64,000 bases of DNA from Thermoanaerobaculia bacterium (GCA_038239305.1 JBBSEW010000015.1:66-64065); one strand, 5' to 3'. Counted from the first letter of the stretch, positions 1 to 9,731 are shown. Numbers and translations are program-made. Notes: generated by a model from the letters alone, not told the origin.

Positions 1-2697
1 GCCGCCGCCAACCTTCTTTTCGCCTCCTGCAATCCGGCACTCGCCTCTCCAGGAAACGGAAGGGTCCCCGCGAGCCCCTCGGGCGCGAAGTCCGGGAAGG
101 CCTCCGATTCCGCCGACCCATCGGCGCCGCCGAAGTTGCGCCTGCCGGCCGGAGCCGCGCCGACGCGCTATTCCGTGGACTGGACCATCGACCCCTCCCG
201 GGAGACGTTCGAGGGAGTCGTCGAGATCGACCTGACGTTCGATCGCGCCACGCCGGTGCTCTGGCTGAATGCGAAAGAGCTCACCATCCACGACGCCGTT
301 CTCCTGCAGAACGGCAAGCCGGCGAAGGCCCGCGTGCTCGCGGGCGGGGCGGACTTCGCGGGGTTCGCGTTCGATCCGCCGGCGGCTGCCGGAACGGGCC
401 GCCTGCGGATCTCCTATCTCGCCCGGATCAATCCGACGGACACGACGGGAGTGTTCCGCCAGAAGGTCGGGGACGACTGGTACGTCTATACGCAGTTCGA
501 ATCGATCGACGCCCGGCGGGCGTTTCCGTGCTTCGACGAGCCGTCGTACAAGGTTCCCTGGCAGATGACGCTTCGCATTCCCCGGGGCCTCATGGCCGTG
601 TCGAACACGCCGGTGGAACGCGAGGCGGACGGCGGGGAGAACACCCGCGTCGTGACCTTCCGGACGACCCGGCCTCTCCCCTCGTATCTCGTGGCCGTCG
701 GCGTCGGTCCGTTCGATGCGGTGGACGCGGGGCGGGGGGGCCAGAATTCCGTTCCTCTGCGGATCATCGTGCCGCGGGGCCGCGGCGCCGACGCCAGCTA
801 TGCGGCGGAGATCCAGAAGCCGGCGCTCGAGAGGCTCGAAGCGTACTTCGGCATGCCCTATCCCTACGAAAAGCTCGACAACCTCATCATCCCGCAGACC
901 GTCCGCTTCGGCGCGATGGAGAACGCGGGCCTCATCACGTGGAACGAAGGCATCGCCCTCGCGAAGCCAAAGGACCAGACGTCCGGCTTCAAGCGCCAGT
1001 TCGCCAGCATCTGCCTGCACGAGACTGCGCACCAGTGGTTCGGCGACTCCGTCACGCTGGCGTTCTGGGACGACACGTGGCTGAACGAGTCGTTCGCGAC
1101 GTGGATGGCCGCGAAGCTGCTTCGCGATTGGAAGCCCGAGTGGAATCGGGACGTCGTCGACGTGGCCGACCGCTCCGACACTCTCGAGCGCGACACTCTC
1201 AAGACGGCTCGGCAGATCCGCCAGCCGATTCTCTCGAACGGAGACATCGACAACGCCTTCGACGACATCAGCTATGGCAAAGGCGGTGCTGTGCTCGCGA
1301 TGTTCGAGAGCTGGATCGGGCCGGACAAGTTTCAGGCCGGGATCCGCGAGTATCTGAAGGCGCACGAATGGAAGAACGCGACCTCCGCGGATTTCCTGTT
1401 TTCCCTCGAGAAGGCGAGCAGCCCGGGCGTGGCGGCGGCGTTCTCGACCTTTCTCGATCAGCCCGGATTTCCCCTCATCCACGCCGAAATGAAGTGCTCG
1501 CCTTCTTCGCCGCCGCGCCTCGTTCTCCATCAGAAGCGGCTGCTGCCGAAGGGGACGGACTCGAAGGCGATATGGCGCGTCCCCGTATGCGCGCGCTGGG
1601 GAGGCGCCTCGTCCGGCGAAGGGCATGCCTGCACTCTGCTGACGGCAGCCGTGGGGGATCTGCCGCTGGCGGGCGCGACGTCCTGCCCGGACTGGGTCCT
1701 CGCCAACGCCGGGGAAGTCGGCTACTTCCGCGTCGCGTACGCCGGCGACCAGATGAAAAAGCTTCTCCAGGACGGCGGCGCGAAGCTGACGCTCGCGGAG
1801 CGCGTCGGACTGATCGGCGACGTGCAGGCGCTCGCTTCTCTGGGAGAGCTCCCGATGGATCAGGCGCTCGCCCTGGTGTCCGAGTTCGCGAAGGATCCCA
1901 GCCGGCCGATCACGACAGCGCTGGCGGAGATCCTCGAGCCGATCGACAACCATCTCGTGGCGGATGACGCGCGTCCCCGGTTCGAAGCGTTCGTTCGCAA
2001 CGCGTTCGGGGCTCGCGCGCGCGCCGTCGGCTGGTCCCCCGTCGCCGGGGAATCCGAGGAGAGCGAGCTTCTCCGTCCCGTTCTCCTCCGGCTGGCGCTG
2101 ATGGGAAAGGATCCCGACGCGATCCGCGAGGGAGCGGCGATGGGTCGGAAGTGGCTCGACGACCGGAACGCGGTGAGCCCGGTCGTCTCGCAGACGGCTC
2201 TGGTTGCGGCGGCGCTCGAGGGCGACCCCGCGGTCTTCGATCGCATGGTGGCCGAGCTGCACGCCCCGAAGACCGAACGGCGCGATCGCGCGCGTCTTTA
2301 CACGGCGCTCGGTCTCTTCTCGGACCCGGCACTCGAACAACGGGCGCTCGCCCTCACGCTCGACCCGGCGCTCGACTCGCGGGAGTCGATCGGCCTGTTC
2401 CGGACTTCGATCGGATATTCGCTGACCCGGGACAGGGCGTGGGATTTCTTCAAGGCGAACTACGACGCTCTCGTCGCGCGTCTCCCGCGCGAGTTCAGGC
2501 CGGTGCTGCCCCGGATCGGGGGCGTGTTCTGCGACGGAGCGCACCGCGACGACGTGCGCGCCTTCTTCGAGCCCCGCATCTCGGCGATCGAGGGCGGAGC
2601 TCGCCCGCTCGCGCAGGCCCTCGAAACCATCGCGCAGTGCCAGTCGCTCGCGCCGGCGGAAAAGGACAGCATCGCGCGGTTTTTGTCGTCTCGATAA
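1..2697 (+). CDS. M1-family aminopeptidase N-like zinc metallopeptidase (5' end off the window)
   Basis: ORF track 136..2697. The same frame stays open back to nt 1, and the upstream residues (..NLLFASC..) look like a lipoprotein signal, so the true start lies outside the window. GAMEN motif (FGAMENAGLITW). Zinc site HETAHQWFGD ... WLNESFA (HEXXH-18-E). Confidence 0.9.
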   Translation, partial: AAANLLFASCNPALASPGNGRVPASPSGAKSGKASDSADPSAPPKLRLPAGAAPTRYSVDWTIDPSRETFEGVVEIDLTFDRATPVLWLNAKELTIHDAVLLQNGKPAKARVLAGGADFAGFAFDPPAAAGTGRLRISYLARINPTDTTGVFRQKVGDDWYVYTQFESIDARRAFPCFDEPSYKVPWQMTLRIPRGLMAVSNTPVEREADGGENTRVVTFRTTRPLPSYLVAVGVGPFDAVDAGRGGQNSVPLRIIVPRGRGADASYAAEIQKPALERLEAYFGMPYPYEKLDNLIIPQTVRFGAMENAGLITWNEGIALAKPKDQTSGFKRQFASICLHETAHQWFGDSVTLAFWDDTWLNESFATWMAAKLLRDWKPEWNRDVVDVADRSDTLERDTLKTARQIRQPILSNGDIDNAFDDISYGKGGAVLAMFESWIGPDKFQAGIREYLKAHEWKNATSADFLFSLEKASSPGVAAAFSTFLDQPGFPLIHAEMKCSPSSPPRLVLHQKRLLPKGTDSKAIWRVPVCARWGGASSGEGHACTLLTAAVGDLPLAGATSCPDWVLANAGEVGYFRVAYAGDQMKKLLQDGGAKLTLAERVGLIGDVQALASLGELPMDQALALVSEFAKDPSRPITTALAEILEPIDNHLVADDARPRFEAFVRNAFGARARAVGWSPVAGESEESELLRPVLLRLALMGKDPDAIREGAAMGRKWLDDRNAVSPVVSQTALVAAALEGDPAVFDRMVAELHAPKTERRDRARLYTALGLFSDPALEQRALALTLDPALDSRESIGLFRTSIGYSLTRDRAWDFFKANYDALVARLPREFRPVLPRIGGVFCDGAHRDDVRAFFEPRISAIEGGARPLAQALETIAQCQSLAPAEKDSIARFLSSR

Positions 2698-2711
2698 GAG
2701 GCGCCGGGAGG

Positions 2712-2795
2712 GACGCGGTGAGAACCTCGGTGCGAGGCGCGGTAAGAGGCGCGGTAAGAGGCGCGGTAAGAGGCGCGGTAAGACACGCGGCGAGA
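2712..2795. repeat. 12-nt tandem repeat, 7 units (GGCGCGGTAAGA x4 perfect, flanked by 3 degenerate units)
   Basis: Read directly: gacgcggtgaga acctcggtgcga ggcgcggtaaga x4 cacgcggcgaga. Lies between the aminopeptidase stop (2697) and the hydrolase start (2858). Confidence 0.95.
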
Positions 2796-2857
2796 ATCGG
2801 GCCGCCCGGTTCCCTGAAGGTTCCTTCGGGCCGCCGCTTCCCGGGAGGGATCGGGGA

Positions 2858-3508
2858 TTGAGCGCCGACATCGCGTCGCCCCGGTTCCTCGTCGACGGCC
2901 CCGAGGATGCTCCGCACGTGGTCATGCTCGCGCACGGGGCGGGGGCGCCGATGGACTCTTCCTTCATGAACGACTTCGCCCGCGGTCTCGCTGCCGAAGG
3001 CGTCCGCGTCGTGCGTTTCGAGTTCCCCTACATGCGGGTGCGGCGGGGAGGCGGAAAGGGGAGCGCCCCGGACCGCGAGCCCGTCCTGCGGAATTCCTGG
3101 AAGGAGGCGATCGCGGCGCACGGCGGCGGCCCGCGCCTCGTGATCGGGGGAAAGTCGCTCGGTGGCCGGATCGCGAGCCTCGTGGCCGACGAAACCGGCG
3201 CCCGCGGCCTCCTGTGCCTCGGATACCCGTTCCATCCTCCCGGCCAGCCCGATCGCCTGCGCACGCGTCATCTGGCGGCTCTCGCGACCCCGGCGCTCAT
3301 CCTTCAGGGAACCCGGGACCCGTTTGGGGGTCGGGAGGACGTTGCCGGATACGCCCTCGCTTCCTCGATCCGCGTCGCGTGGCTCGAAGACGGGGACCAC
3401 TCCTGGAAACCGCGCGTCCGCTCCGGCCAGACGCTGGAGGGCCACATGGCCTCCGCCATCCGCGAGGCCGCGCAATTCGTGCGATCTCTTCCTCCGCCCG
3501 GGTCTTAG
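2858..3508 (+). CDS. alpha/beta-fold hydrolase (COG3571-like predicted hydrolase)
   Basis: TTG start preceded by gggaggga. MLAHGAGAPMDSSFM near the N-terminus and nucleophile elbow GGKSLGGR (G-x-S-x-G). Confidence 0.8.
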   Translation: MSADIASPRFLVDGPEDAPHVVMLAHGAGAPMDSSFMNDFARGLAAEGVRVVRFEFPYMRVRRGGGKGSAPDREPVLRNSWKEAIAAHGGGPRLVIGGKSLGGRIASLVADETGARGLLCLGYPFHPPGQPDRLRTRHLAALATPALILQGTRDPFGGREDVAGYALASSIRVAWLEDGDHSWKPRVRSGQTLEGHMASAIREAAQFVRSLPPPGS

Positions 3509-3517
3509 AATCGCGTC

Positions 3518-3916
3518 ATGGCACGTATAAAAAAGACGGACGAGGAATGGCGCGCGCAGTTGACGCCCGAGCAATATCGCGTAACGCGGGAGAAGGGCAC
3601 CGAGCGCCCCTTTACCGGCGAGTACGACAAGGCCAAGACGAAGGGGACCTACCGCTGCGTCGGTTGTGGGAATGCTCTCTTCCGGTCGGAGGAGAAGTTC
3701 GACTCCGGCACCGGCTGGCCGAGCTTCTGCGCGCCCGCGGCTCCCGAGGCCGTGGCGGAGAAGGACGACCGGGGTCTCTTCATGAAGCGCACGGAGGTTC
3801 TGTGCGCGGACTGTGACGCCCATCTCGGCCATGTCTTTCCGGACGGGCCGCAACCAACCGGCCAGCGATACTGCATGAACTCGGCTGCGCTGAAGCTCGA
3901 GCCCGATCCCGAGTGA
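3518..3916 (+). CDS. msrB: peptide-methionine (R)-S-oxide reductase
   Basis: CVGCGNALF ... GWPSF ... [16 protein letters not shown] ... RYCMNS: two CxxC zinc pairs plus the SelR signature. Confidence 0.95.
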   Translation: MARIKKTDEEWRAQLTPEQYRVTREKGTERPFTGEYDKAKTKGTYRCVGCGNALFRSEEKFDSGTGWPSFCAPAAPEAVAEKDDRGLFMKRTEVLCADCDAHLGHVFPDGPQPTGQRYCMNSAALKLEPDPE

Positions 3917-4026
3917 TTCCGCGGAATCGTCCGAGCCGGACGAACCAGCCGTCCGACCGACGCGTGACGATCCGTGCGAACCGGCGTGAGCTCGGATCCC
4001 GGCGCCCGCCGCGATAAGCTGGCTTC

Positions 4027-4293
4027 ATGGCCCGGGGGTGGGGGAAGAGCGAGGAAGATCTGGGCGCCGACCGGGAGCACGCAAGGGAAGCCGCCCGGGC
4101 TCCCGGCGGTTCCCGCGGCGACGCGAGGCGTTCGACCGAGGCGCGCTCGATTCGCATGTCGCTCGCGCGGATCGCGGATCAGCTCGCGCGGACGGAAAAC
4201 TCCCCGCGCCGGGAGGCTCTCGAAACCGCCCGCCGGGAGCTCGAGGCGCGCCTCAGCGCGCTCGATCTTCCGGACGGCGGGGATGAGTCTTGA
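4027..4293 (+). CDS. small hypothetical protein (Arg/Glu-rich, helical)
   Basis: High third-position GC throughout. The stop overlaps the TTG start of xth (TTGA at 4290-4293). No family recognised. An internal ATG at 4156 is an alternative start. Confidence 0.4.
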   Translation: MARGWGKSEEDLGADREHAREAARAPGGSRGDARRSTEARSIRMSLARIADQLARTENSPRREALETARRELEARLSALDLPDGGDES

Positions 4294-5039
4294 AGATCGC
4301 CACCTGGAACGTCAACGGGATCCGGGCGCGGGAGGCGCAGTTTCGCGAATGGGTCGACACGGAGCGGCCGGACGTGGTCTGCCTCCAGGAGATCAAGGCG
4401 GCGAGCGCGCAGGTTCCCGCCGCTCTCTGCGAGATGGACGGGTACTGGTGTTACTGGCACGGGGCCGGGGGCTACTCCGGCGTCGGGCTTCACGTATCGC
4501 GGGCGACGTTTCCGGAGAAGCCCGAGTTCCTCCATCCCGACTTCGACCACGAGACGCGGATCGTCACGGCCCGGCTGCCTGGCGTGACCGTCGCATCGAT
4601 CTATGTGCCGAACGGGGGGAAGGATTACCCCACGAAGATCCGGTTTTTGGAAGCGATGGCCGCCTATGCCGCCGCCGCCCGCGAAAAGGGGGACACGATC
4701 GTGTTGTGCGGGGACCTGAACGTCGCCCGGACGGATCGGGACGTTCATCCTCGCGAGCGAAAACCGAACCTGATCGGGCAGCGGCCCGAGGAGCGAGACC
4801 TCCTCGAGAAGATCATCGGGAACGGTCTCGTGGACGTCGGTCGCGCGCTCGATCCCGACAACGAAGGCCTTTTCACGTGGTGGGCGCCGTGGCGAAACAT
4901 GAAGCAGCGCAATATCGGCTGGAGGCTCGACTACCTTCTCGCGAGCGAATCGCTCGCGTCCCGCGCCTCGGAGTGCGTCGTCCGGAAGGACGTGGGGACG
5001 AGCGATCACGCGCCCGTCGTGGCGACTTTCGAACCCTGA
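4290..5039 (+). CDS. xth: exodeoxyribonuclease III (AP endonuclease)
   Basis: MKIATWNVNGIRAR, CLQEIK, SDHAPV: canonical ExoIII/EEP motifs. 249 aa. Confidence 0.95.
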   Translation: MKIATWNVNGIRAREAQFREWVDTERPDVVCLQEIKAASAQVPAALCEMDGYWCYWHGAGGYSGVGLHVSRATFPEKPEFLHPDFDHETRIVTARLPGVTVASIYVPNGGKDYPTKIRFLEAMAAYAAAAREKGDTIVLCGDLNVARTDRDVHPRERKPNLIGQRPEERDLLEKIIGNGLVDVGRALDPDNEGLFTWWAPWRNMKQRNIGWRLDYLLASESLASRASECVVRKDVGTSDHAPVVATFEP

Positions 5040-5171
5040 GAGCCGTATTCCCCGTCCGCCCCTTTCATTCGCCTTTCCGATCCCGATAGAATCGCCCCAT
5101 CCCGTTCGTTCCCGTTTGGCGTTTTCCGTCTCACGCTCCCGGAGCTTCTCTATCGCGACACGGAGGCCAGC

Positions 5172-6326
5172 ATGACCGGCTTCTCCTCGATCGATCGGCG
5201 CCGTTTCCTGGGATTCGCCGCCCTGGCCGCGGTCGCGCCGGGAAGGCTCATCGCCGCGGCCGCGGACGGGATTCCCCCCGGCCGGCGCCGGATGATCCAG
5301 CGCAACGGCTACGCGATCGATGCGGAGACGCCGCTCGATGCCCTGATGACCTATCTCACGCCGAACGATCTGTTCTTCGTCCGACACCATTGGAATCCCC
5401 AGTACGCGGCGCACCGGGGCTGGGGGCTCGTCGTGGACGGCGAGGTGGAGCGGCCGCTGCGCCTGACTGTGGAAGATCTGCGCCGGATGCCGCGCGCCTC
5501 GGCGACCTGCGTCCTCCAGTGCGCGGGCAACGGCCGGGCGCTCTTTTCTCCGGGCATCGCGGGCGTTCAGTGGCAGTACGGCGCGGTGGGAAACGCGAAG
5601 TGGACCGGCGTGCGCGTCCGTGACGTTCTCGAGCGGGCCGGACTGAAGGCGACCGCGAAGCATCTCCATACGTTCGGAAGCGATAAGCCTCCGCTCAAGG
5701 TTCCGCCGTTCTGGCGGAGCGTCGAGCTCGAGAAGATTCTCGCGGACGGGATCATCGCGGACGAGATGAACGGGGAACCCCTGCCTTCTGTTCACGGCGG
5801 TCCGGCGCGCCTCGTCGTGCCCGGCTGGGCGGGAGACCACTGGATGAAGTGGCTCGAGCGGATCTCGCCTCAGCCCGAGGCGCAGAAGGGCTTTTACATG
5901 GAAACGGCCTATCGCTACCCGAAGGCGCCTGGCGCCCCTGGCGTGGCTATTCCGGTGGCCGAGACGCAGCCCGTGACCGAGATCTTCGTGAAGTCGACGA
6001 TCACCGATGCTCCGGCACGGGCACGCGCGGGGGCGGCGGCGGTGGTGCGCGGTTTCGCGTTTTCCGGCGCTCCGGACGTCGCGCGCGTCGAGATCAGCGA
6101 GGACGAAGGCGCCACCTGGAAACCCGCCGAGCTCGACCCGCAGCACGACCCGTGGGCGTGGAGGCTGTGGTCGTACCGGTGGATTCCCGCGGTGCCGGGA
6201 AAGGCGACCCTGTGGGCGAGGGCCACCGACAGCCGCGGCGCGGTTCAGCCGAAGGACGGTGTCTGGAATCCGAGCGGGTACCTCCATAACGGATGGCACT
6301 CGGCGGCCGTGGAGGTGGAAGCGTGA
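5172..6326 (+). CDS. sorA: molybdopterin-dependent sulfite oxidase/dehydrogenase family catalytic subunit (SorA-like), Tat-exported
   Basis: Twin-arginine signal SIDRRRFLGFAALAAV. Moco-binding Cys context VLQCAGNGR. C-terminal dimerisation-like domain. RBS ggagg upstream of the ATG. Confidence 0.8.
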   Translation: MTGFSSIDRRRFLGFAALAAVAPGRLIAAAADGIPPGRRRMIQRNGYAIDAETPLDALMTYLTPNDLFFVRHHWNPQYAAHRGWGLVVDGEVERPLRLTVEDLRRMPRASATCVLQCAGNGRALFSPGIAGVQWQYGAVGNAKWTGVRVRDVLERAGLKATAKHLHTFGSDKPPLKVPPFWRSVELEKILADGIIADEMNGEPLPSVHGGPARLVVPGWAGDHWMKWLERISPQPEAQKGFYMETAYRYPKAPGAPGVAIPVAETQPVTEIFVKSTITDAPARARAGAAAVVRGFAFSGAPDVARVEISEDEGATWKPAELDPQHDPWAWRLWSYRWIPAVPGKATLWARATDSRGAVQPKDGVWNPSGYLHNGWHSAAVEVEA

Positions 6327-6742
6327 GACGCCGAAGCCTGACGAGGATCAGGATTCTCGCGCTGATTCTGGTCGCCGGTCTTCTCGCCGCTCCGCGGAAT
6401 TCCTCGGCCGCGCCGCGCAAGAAGAAGCCGGCGAAGGCGAAAGTGGCTCTGGTCAATTTCGATGCCCATCTCCCCGTCCTGGGAACGAAGCTCGCGGAAT
6501 TTCCGGCCGGCCCCGGCAAGGCTCTGGCGGATGCGGGCTGCGTGTTCTGCCACTCCGCCGACATGGTCGTGCAGCAGCGCCTGACGGAGAAACAGTGGAC
6601 GGCGGAGATCACGAAAATGACGGGATGGGGCGCCGACGTGCCGGTAGACAAGCGCGACGAGCTCATCGCGTACCTGGTGAAAAATTTTGGAACGGACGGC
6701 CCACGCTACGAGCCGGTCGTGGCGCGACCCGTCGGGCGCTGA
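6323..6742 (+). CDS. sorB: monohaem c-type cytochrome, likely electron acceptor of the SorA-like enzyme (SorB-like)
   Basis: Single CxxCH (CVFCHSADM). Signal peptide RRRSLTRIRILALILVAGLLAAP. GTG at 6323 overlaps the sorA stop (GTGA), so I prefer it to the track start at 6293. Confidence 0.75.
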   Translation: MRRRSLTRIRILALILVAGLLAAPRNSSAAPRKKKPAKAKVALVNFDAHLPVLGTKLAEFPAGPGKALADAGCVFCHSADMVVQQRLTEKQWTAEITKMTGWGADVPVDKRDELIAYLVKNFGTDGPRYEPVVARPVGR

Positions 6743-6790
6743 CGGCGAACAGCCGGCCGCCAGCAGGAGAAAACTTTTCAGGAGGATTCG

Positions 6791-7057
6791 ATGGCCCACC
6801 CGTTTTTCGGACTCTTCGGATGCCTGTGGTTCGTAGTCGTCATCGTCGCGGTGGGTTACCCCGCGTGGAAGATCGCGGAGAAGCTCGGTTACGCCGGCCC
6901 GATGAGCCTGCTCATGTACATCCCGATCGTCAACCTGATCGTTCTCTGGTACCTCGCGCTGAACGAGTGGCCGATCGAGCTCGAGCTGCGACGCTGGCGC
7001 GGGTCCGTCCCGCCCGTTCCCGGGATCGCGCCGCCGCCGCCGCCCATCGGAGGCTGA
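6791..7057 (+). CDS. small integral membrane protein (2 predicted TM helices, Pro-rich tail)
   Basis: ATG preceded by caggagga. Hydrophobic stretches FGLFGCLWFVVVIVAVGY and MSLLMYIPIVNLIVLWYLAL. No family recognised. Confidence 0.6.
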   Translation: MAHPFFGLFGCLWFVVVIVAVGYPAWKIAEKLGYAGPMSLLMYIPIVNLIVLWYLALNEWPIELELRRWRGSVPPVPGIAPPPPPIGG

Positions 7058-7073
7058 TCGGATTCCGTCGCCA

Positions 7074-7100
7074 CCGGATCAGGCACCGGGCCTGATCCGG
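7074..7100 (+). terminator. 10-bp perfect hairpin downstream of the small membrane protein gene (no U-tract)
   Basis: ccggatcagg caccggg cctgatccgg, 17 nt after the stop at 7057. The lack of a T-run makes an intrinsic-terminator role uncertain. Confidence 0.3.
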
Positions 7101-7111
7101 CGCCGGCGCTC

Positions 7112-7173
7112 GATCACGCACGCCCCGGGATCACGCCCGGCCCGATCACGCCCGCCCCGGATCACGCCCGGCC
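7112..7173. repeat. about 16-nt tandem repeat GATCACGCCCG(N)CCC, 4 units
   Basis: Units start at 7112, 7129, 7144 and 7160. The last unit overlaps the stop and final codons of the SDR gene on the minus strand. Confidence 0.9.
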
Positions 7174-7869
7174 ATAGACCGGGATGTGTGCCCCGCTGAT
7201 GATCCGCGAATCGGGGCCCGCCAGGAACAGCACGACCCGCGCGATGTCGTCGGGAGCGACCCACTTCGAGGAGTCCGCGCCGGGCATCGCCGCCCGGTTC
7301 GCGGGCGTGTCGATCGTCGACGGGAGGATCGCGTTCACCGTGATCCGGGCGTCCGAGAGCTCGGCCGCCATCGCCTCGGTGAGCTGAAGGACCGCGCGTT
7401 TCGCGGCCGCGTACGCCGCGAGGTTGGCGCCGGATTGAGTCGCGGGACGGCTCGAGACCTGGACGATCGACCCGCCGCCGTTCCGGATCATCTCCGGGAC
7501 CGCTGCGCGCGACGCGAGCACGGCCGTCTTGAGGTTGACGTCGAGCTGTCCTTGCCACACGGACCACGCGGTCTCGTGGACGGGAGTGCCGCCCGCGAAG
7601 CTGCCGGCGGCGTTCACGAGGATGTCCAGCCGTTCCCGTCCGGCCGCGCGGACGTATTCGCCGACGGCAGTCTCGTCCGTCAGGTCGAGAGTTCCACCGG
7701 AGAGCCGCTCGCGTTCCGAGGCCGGGATCGAGGCGATGAGCGCGTCGAACTCGGCCTCCCGCCGGTAAGGCACGGAGACGCGAGCGCCCGCGCCGAGCAG
7801 CGCTCGCACGACCGCGGAGCCGAGCGCGCCCGCGCCGCCCGTGACGATGGCGGTCTTGCCGGAAAACAT
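7162..7869 (-). CDS. short-chain dehydrogenase/reductase (SDR)
   Basis: Start trimmed to the ATG at 7869 (MFSGKTAIVTGGAGALGSAV = TGxxxGxG). Catalytic Y-x3-K in AAYAAAKRAV. The track ORF 7162..8301 extends spuriously upstream. Confidence 0.9.
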   Translation of the reverse strand: MFSGKTAIVTGGAGALGSAVVRALLGAGARVSVPYRREAEFDALIASIPASERERLSGGTLDLTDETAVGEYVRAAGRERLDILVNAAGSFAGGTPVHETAWSVWQGQLDVNLKTAVLASRAAVPEMIRNGGGSIVQVSSRPATQSGANLAAYAAAKRAVLQLTEAMAAELSDARITVNAILPSTIDTPANRAAMPGADSSKWVAPDDIARVVLFLAGPDSRIISGAHIPVYGRA

Positions 7870-7880
7870 CTCCGGCGCGC

Positions 7881-8654
7881 TCACGGCGCGCAGTCCTTCT
7901 GCATCACGCCGCTGTCGAGGACGTCCTGCCAGAGCCGCGTCCACGTGCTCCAGTCGTGACCTCCCTTTTCCGTGAACATCCGGCCCGCGGGCAGGACGTC
8001 GCCGAGGAGCCGGTCCGCGGGGGCGAGGTCGTCTGTCGTGCCGAGGCCCAGGTAGATCGGGGGACGGGAGGATCCCTCGGCCGCGTAGCGTTTCAGCCAG
8101 CCCCAGAGCTCGCGTTCGTAGTCCGCGACGGGGCGCGGGGCGCCCATCTCGTACGAGTGCAGCCCTCCCGCCGCGGCGACACGGCGAGGCTCCTCGTCGC
8201 CGAGGTAGGGAGCGAGTGCCACCACGCCGCGGGCTCCCTCCGGATGCTCGCGGGCGTAGAGAATTCCGCCGAGCCCGCCCATCGATATTCCGACGATCCA
8301 CACCCGGTCCACCCCGCGCGCGAGAGCCGGAGCGACGACGTCCTCGTGGAGACGGCTCGAGATCGTCTGAGCGCGGTAGTAGCCCATGTGTGCGTCCACT
8401 TCGACATAGTCGGCGGCGAGGCCGGCGCGACGGGCCATCTCGGGAAAGTGGTGGCGGTCGTAGTCGCCGAGGATGTCCCGCCGTCCCGGCAGAAGCAGGA
8501 CGAGGCAGCGGCCCGGTCCGCCGGCGCCCGGCCCGAGCGGCTTCGTCACCATGGGAGTGCCCGGCGGCCGCACGCGGAGGCAGGCCGTGGACAGCGAAGC
8601 GAGGGCAAGCAGCAGGAAAGTGTTCCGGCCGGCGGAAGAGCGAAAGGAGAGCAT
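7881..8654 (-). CDS. alpha/beta hydrolase (esterase-like), probable lipoprotein
   Basis: C-terminal 257 aa of track ORF 7881..9968, from the ATG at 8654. Signal with Cys (LLLALASLSTAC). Nucleophile elbow GISMGG. The rest of the long ORF is antisense to the aldo/keto reductase. Confidence 0.8.
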   Translation of the reverse strand: MLSFRSSAGRNTFLLLALASLSTACLRVRPPGTPMVTKPLGPGAGGPGRCLVLLLPGRRDILGDYDRHHFPEMARRAGLAADYVEVDAHMGYYRAQTISSRLHEDVVAPALARGVDRVWIVGISMGGLGGILYAREHPEGARGVVALAPYLGDEEPRRVAAAGGLHSYEMGAPRPVADYERELWGWLKRYAAEGSSRPPIYLGLGTTDDLAPADRLLGDVLPAGRMFTEKGGHDWSTWTRLWQDVLDSGVMQKDCAP

Positions 8655-8756
8655 CCAGGCAATTGTACCGGCCCGCTCGTTCTCTCGCCTCCCGCGGCCG
8701 CCGCCGATGATTCCGCGCGATGAACGATCCACCTCCGATGCGCTAGCATCCTTCCC

Positions 8757-9731
8757 GTGGAATACGTCCGTCTCGGCGCGAGCGGTCTCCGGGTATCGCG
8801 CCTCTGCCTTGGGACGATGACCTACGGCTCCTCGAAATGGCGGCCGTGGGTTCTCGACGAAGAGGAGAGCCGCCCCTTCTTCCGCCAGGCCCTCGAAGCC
8901 GGCATCAACTTTTTCGATACGGCCGACATGTATTCGGACGGCGCGAGCGAGGAGGTCGTCGGGAGGGCGCTGCGGGACTTCGCGCGTCGCGGAGAAGTGG
9001 TCGTCGCCACGAAAGTGTTCAACCCGATGGGCGCGGGTCCCAACGATCGCGGCCTCTCGCGCAAGCACATCCTCGACGCCATCGACGCGTCGCTGCGCCG
9101 GTTGGGCATGGACTACGTCGATCTCTATCAGCTCCACCGTTTCGATCCGGAGACTCCGATCGAGGAGACCCTCCGCGCTCTCGACGATCTCGTCCGCTCC
9201 GGAAAGGTTCGCTACGTCGGCGCGTCGAGCACGGACGCCTGGCGTTTCGCCCGGGCGCTCGAGCGCGCGGACCGGAACGGATGGACCCGCTTCGTCTCGA
9301 TGCAGAACCACTACAACCTCGTCTACCGCGAGGAGGAACGCGAAATGCTTCCCCTCTGCCGCTCGGAAGGCATCGGGGTGATTCCGTGGAGCCCGCTCGC
9401 CCGAGGCCTGCTGGCGGGCACGCGCCGGAACGTGCCGGAGGGCGAATCGCTCCGGGCGCGGACGGACGAATACGCCGGCAAGTTGTACGACGCCGCGGAT
9501 TTCGATGTCGTGGACCGGGTCGTGGCGCTGGCCGCCGAGAAAGGCGTGACCTCCGCCCAGGTTTCGCTCGCGTGGCTCCTGGGCCAGCCGGGCGTGACGG
9601 CACCGATCATCGGGGCGAGCAAGCCCCGCCACCTCGCGGAAGCGATCGGCGCCCTGGGCGTGTCGCTCTCGGAGCCCGAGCGCCGCCGCCTCGAGGAGCC
9701 CTATCGGCCCCACGCGGTGCGCGGGCACTGA
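8757..9731 (+). CDS. aldo/keto reductase
   Basis: GTG start. N-terminal VEYVRLGASGLRVSRLCLGTMTYG and the overall AKR pattern (..FFDTADMYS.., ..SMQNHYNL.., ..IPWSPLARG..). Confidence 0.9.
   Translation: MEYVRLGASGLRVSRLCLGTMTYGSSKWRPWVLDEEESRPFFRQALEAGINFFDTADMYSDGASEEVVGRALRDFARRGEVVVATKVFNPMGAGPNDRGLSRKHILDAIDASLRRLGMDYVDLYQLHRFDPETPIEETLRALDDLVRSGKVRYVGASSTDAWRFARALERADRNGWTRFVSMQNHYNLVYREEEREMLPLCRSEGIGVIPWSPLARGLLAGTRRNVPEGESLRARTDEYAGKLYDAADFDVVDRVVALAAEKGVTSAQVSLAWLLGQPGVTAPIIGASKPRHLAEAIGALGVSLSEPERRRLEEPYRPHAVRGH

Noticed and set aside
2712-2795. Tandem arrays (this one and the other short-repeat arrays) as CRISPR
   Set aside because: The units are contiguous with no unique spacers. 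The unit lengths (7-27 nt) are too short, and there are no cas genes in the window.
4179-6299. 706-aa ORF on the minus strand
   Set aside because: It is antisense to xth and the SorA-like gene, both of which have clear motifs. It is a high-GC artefact.
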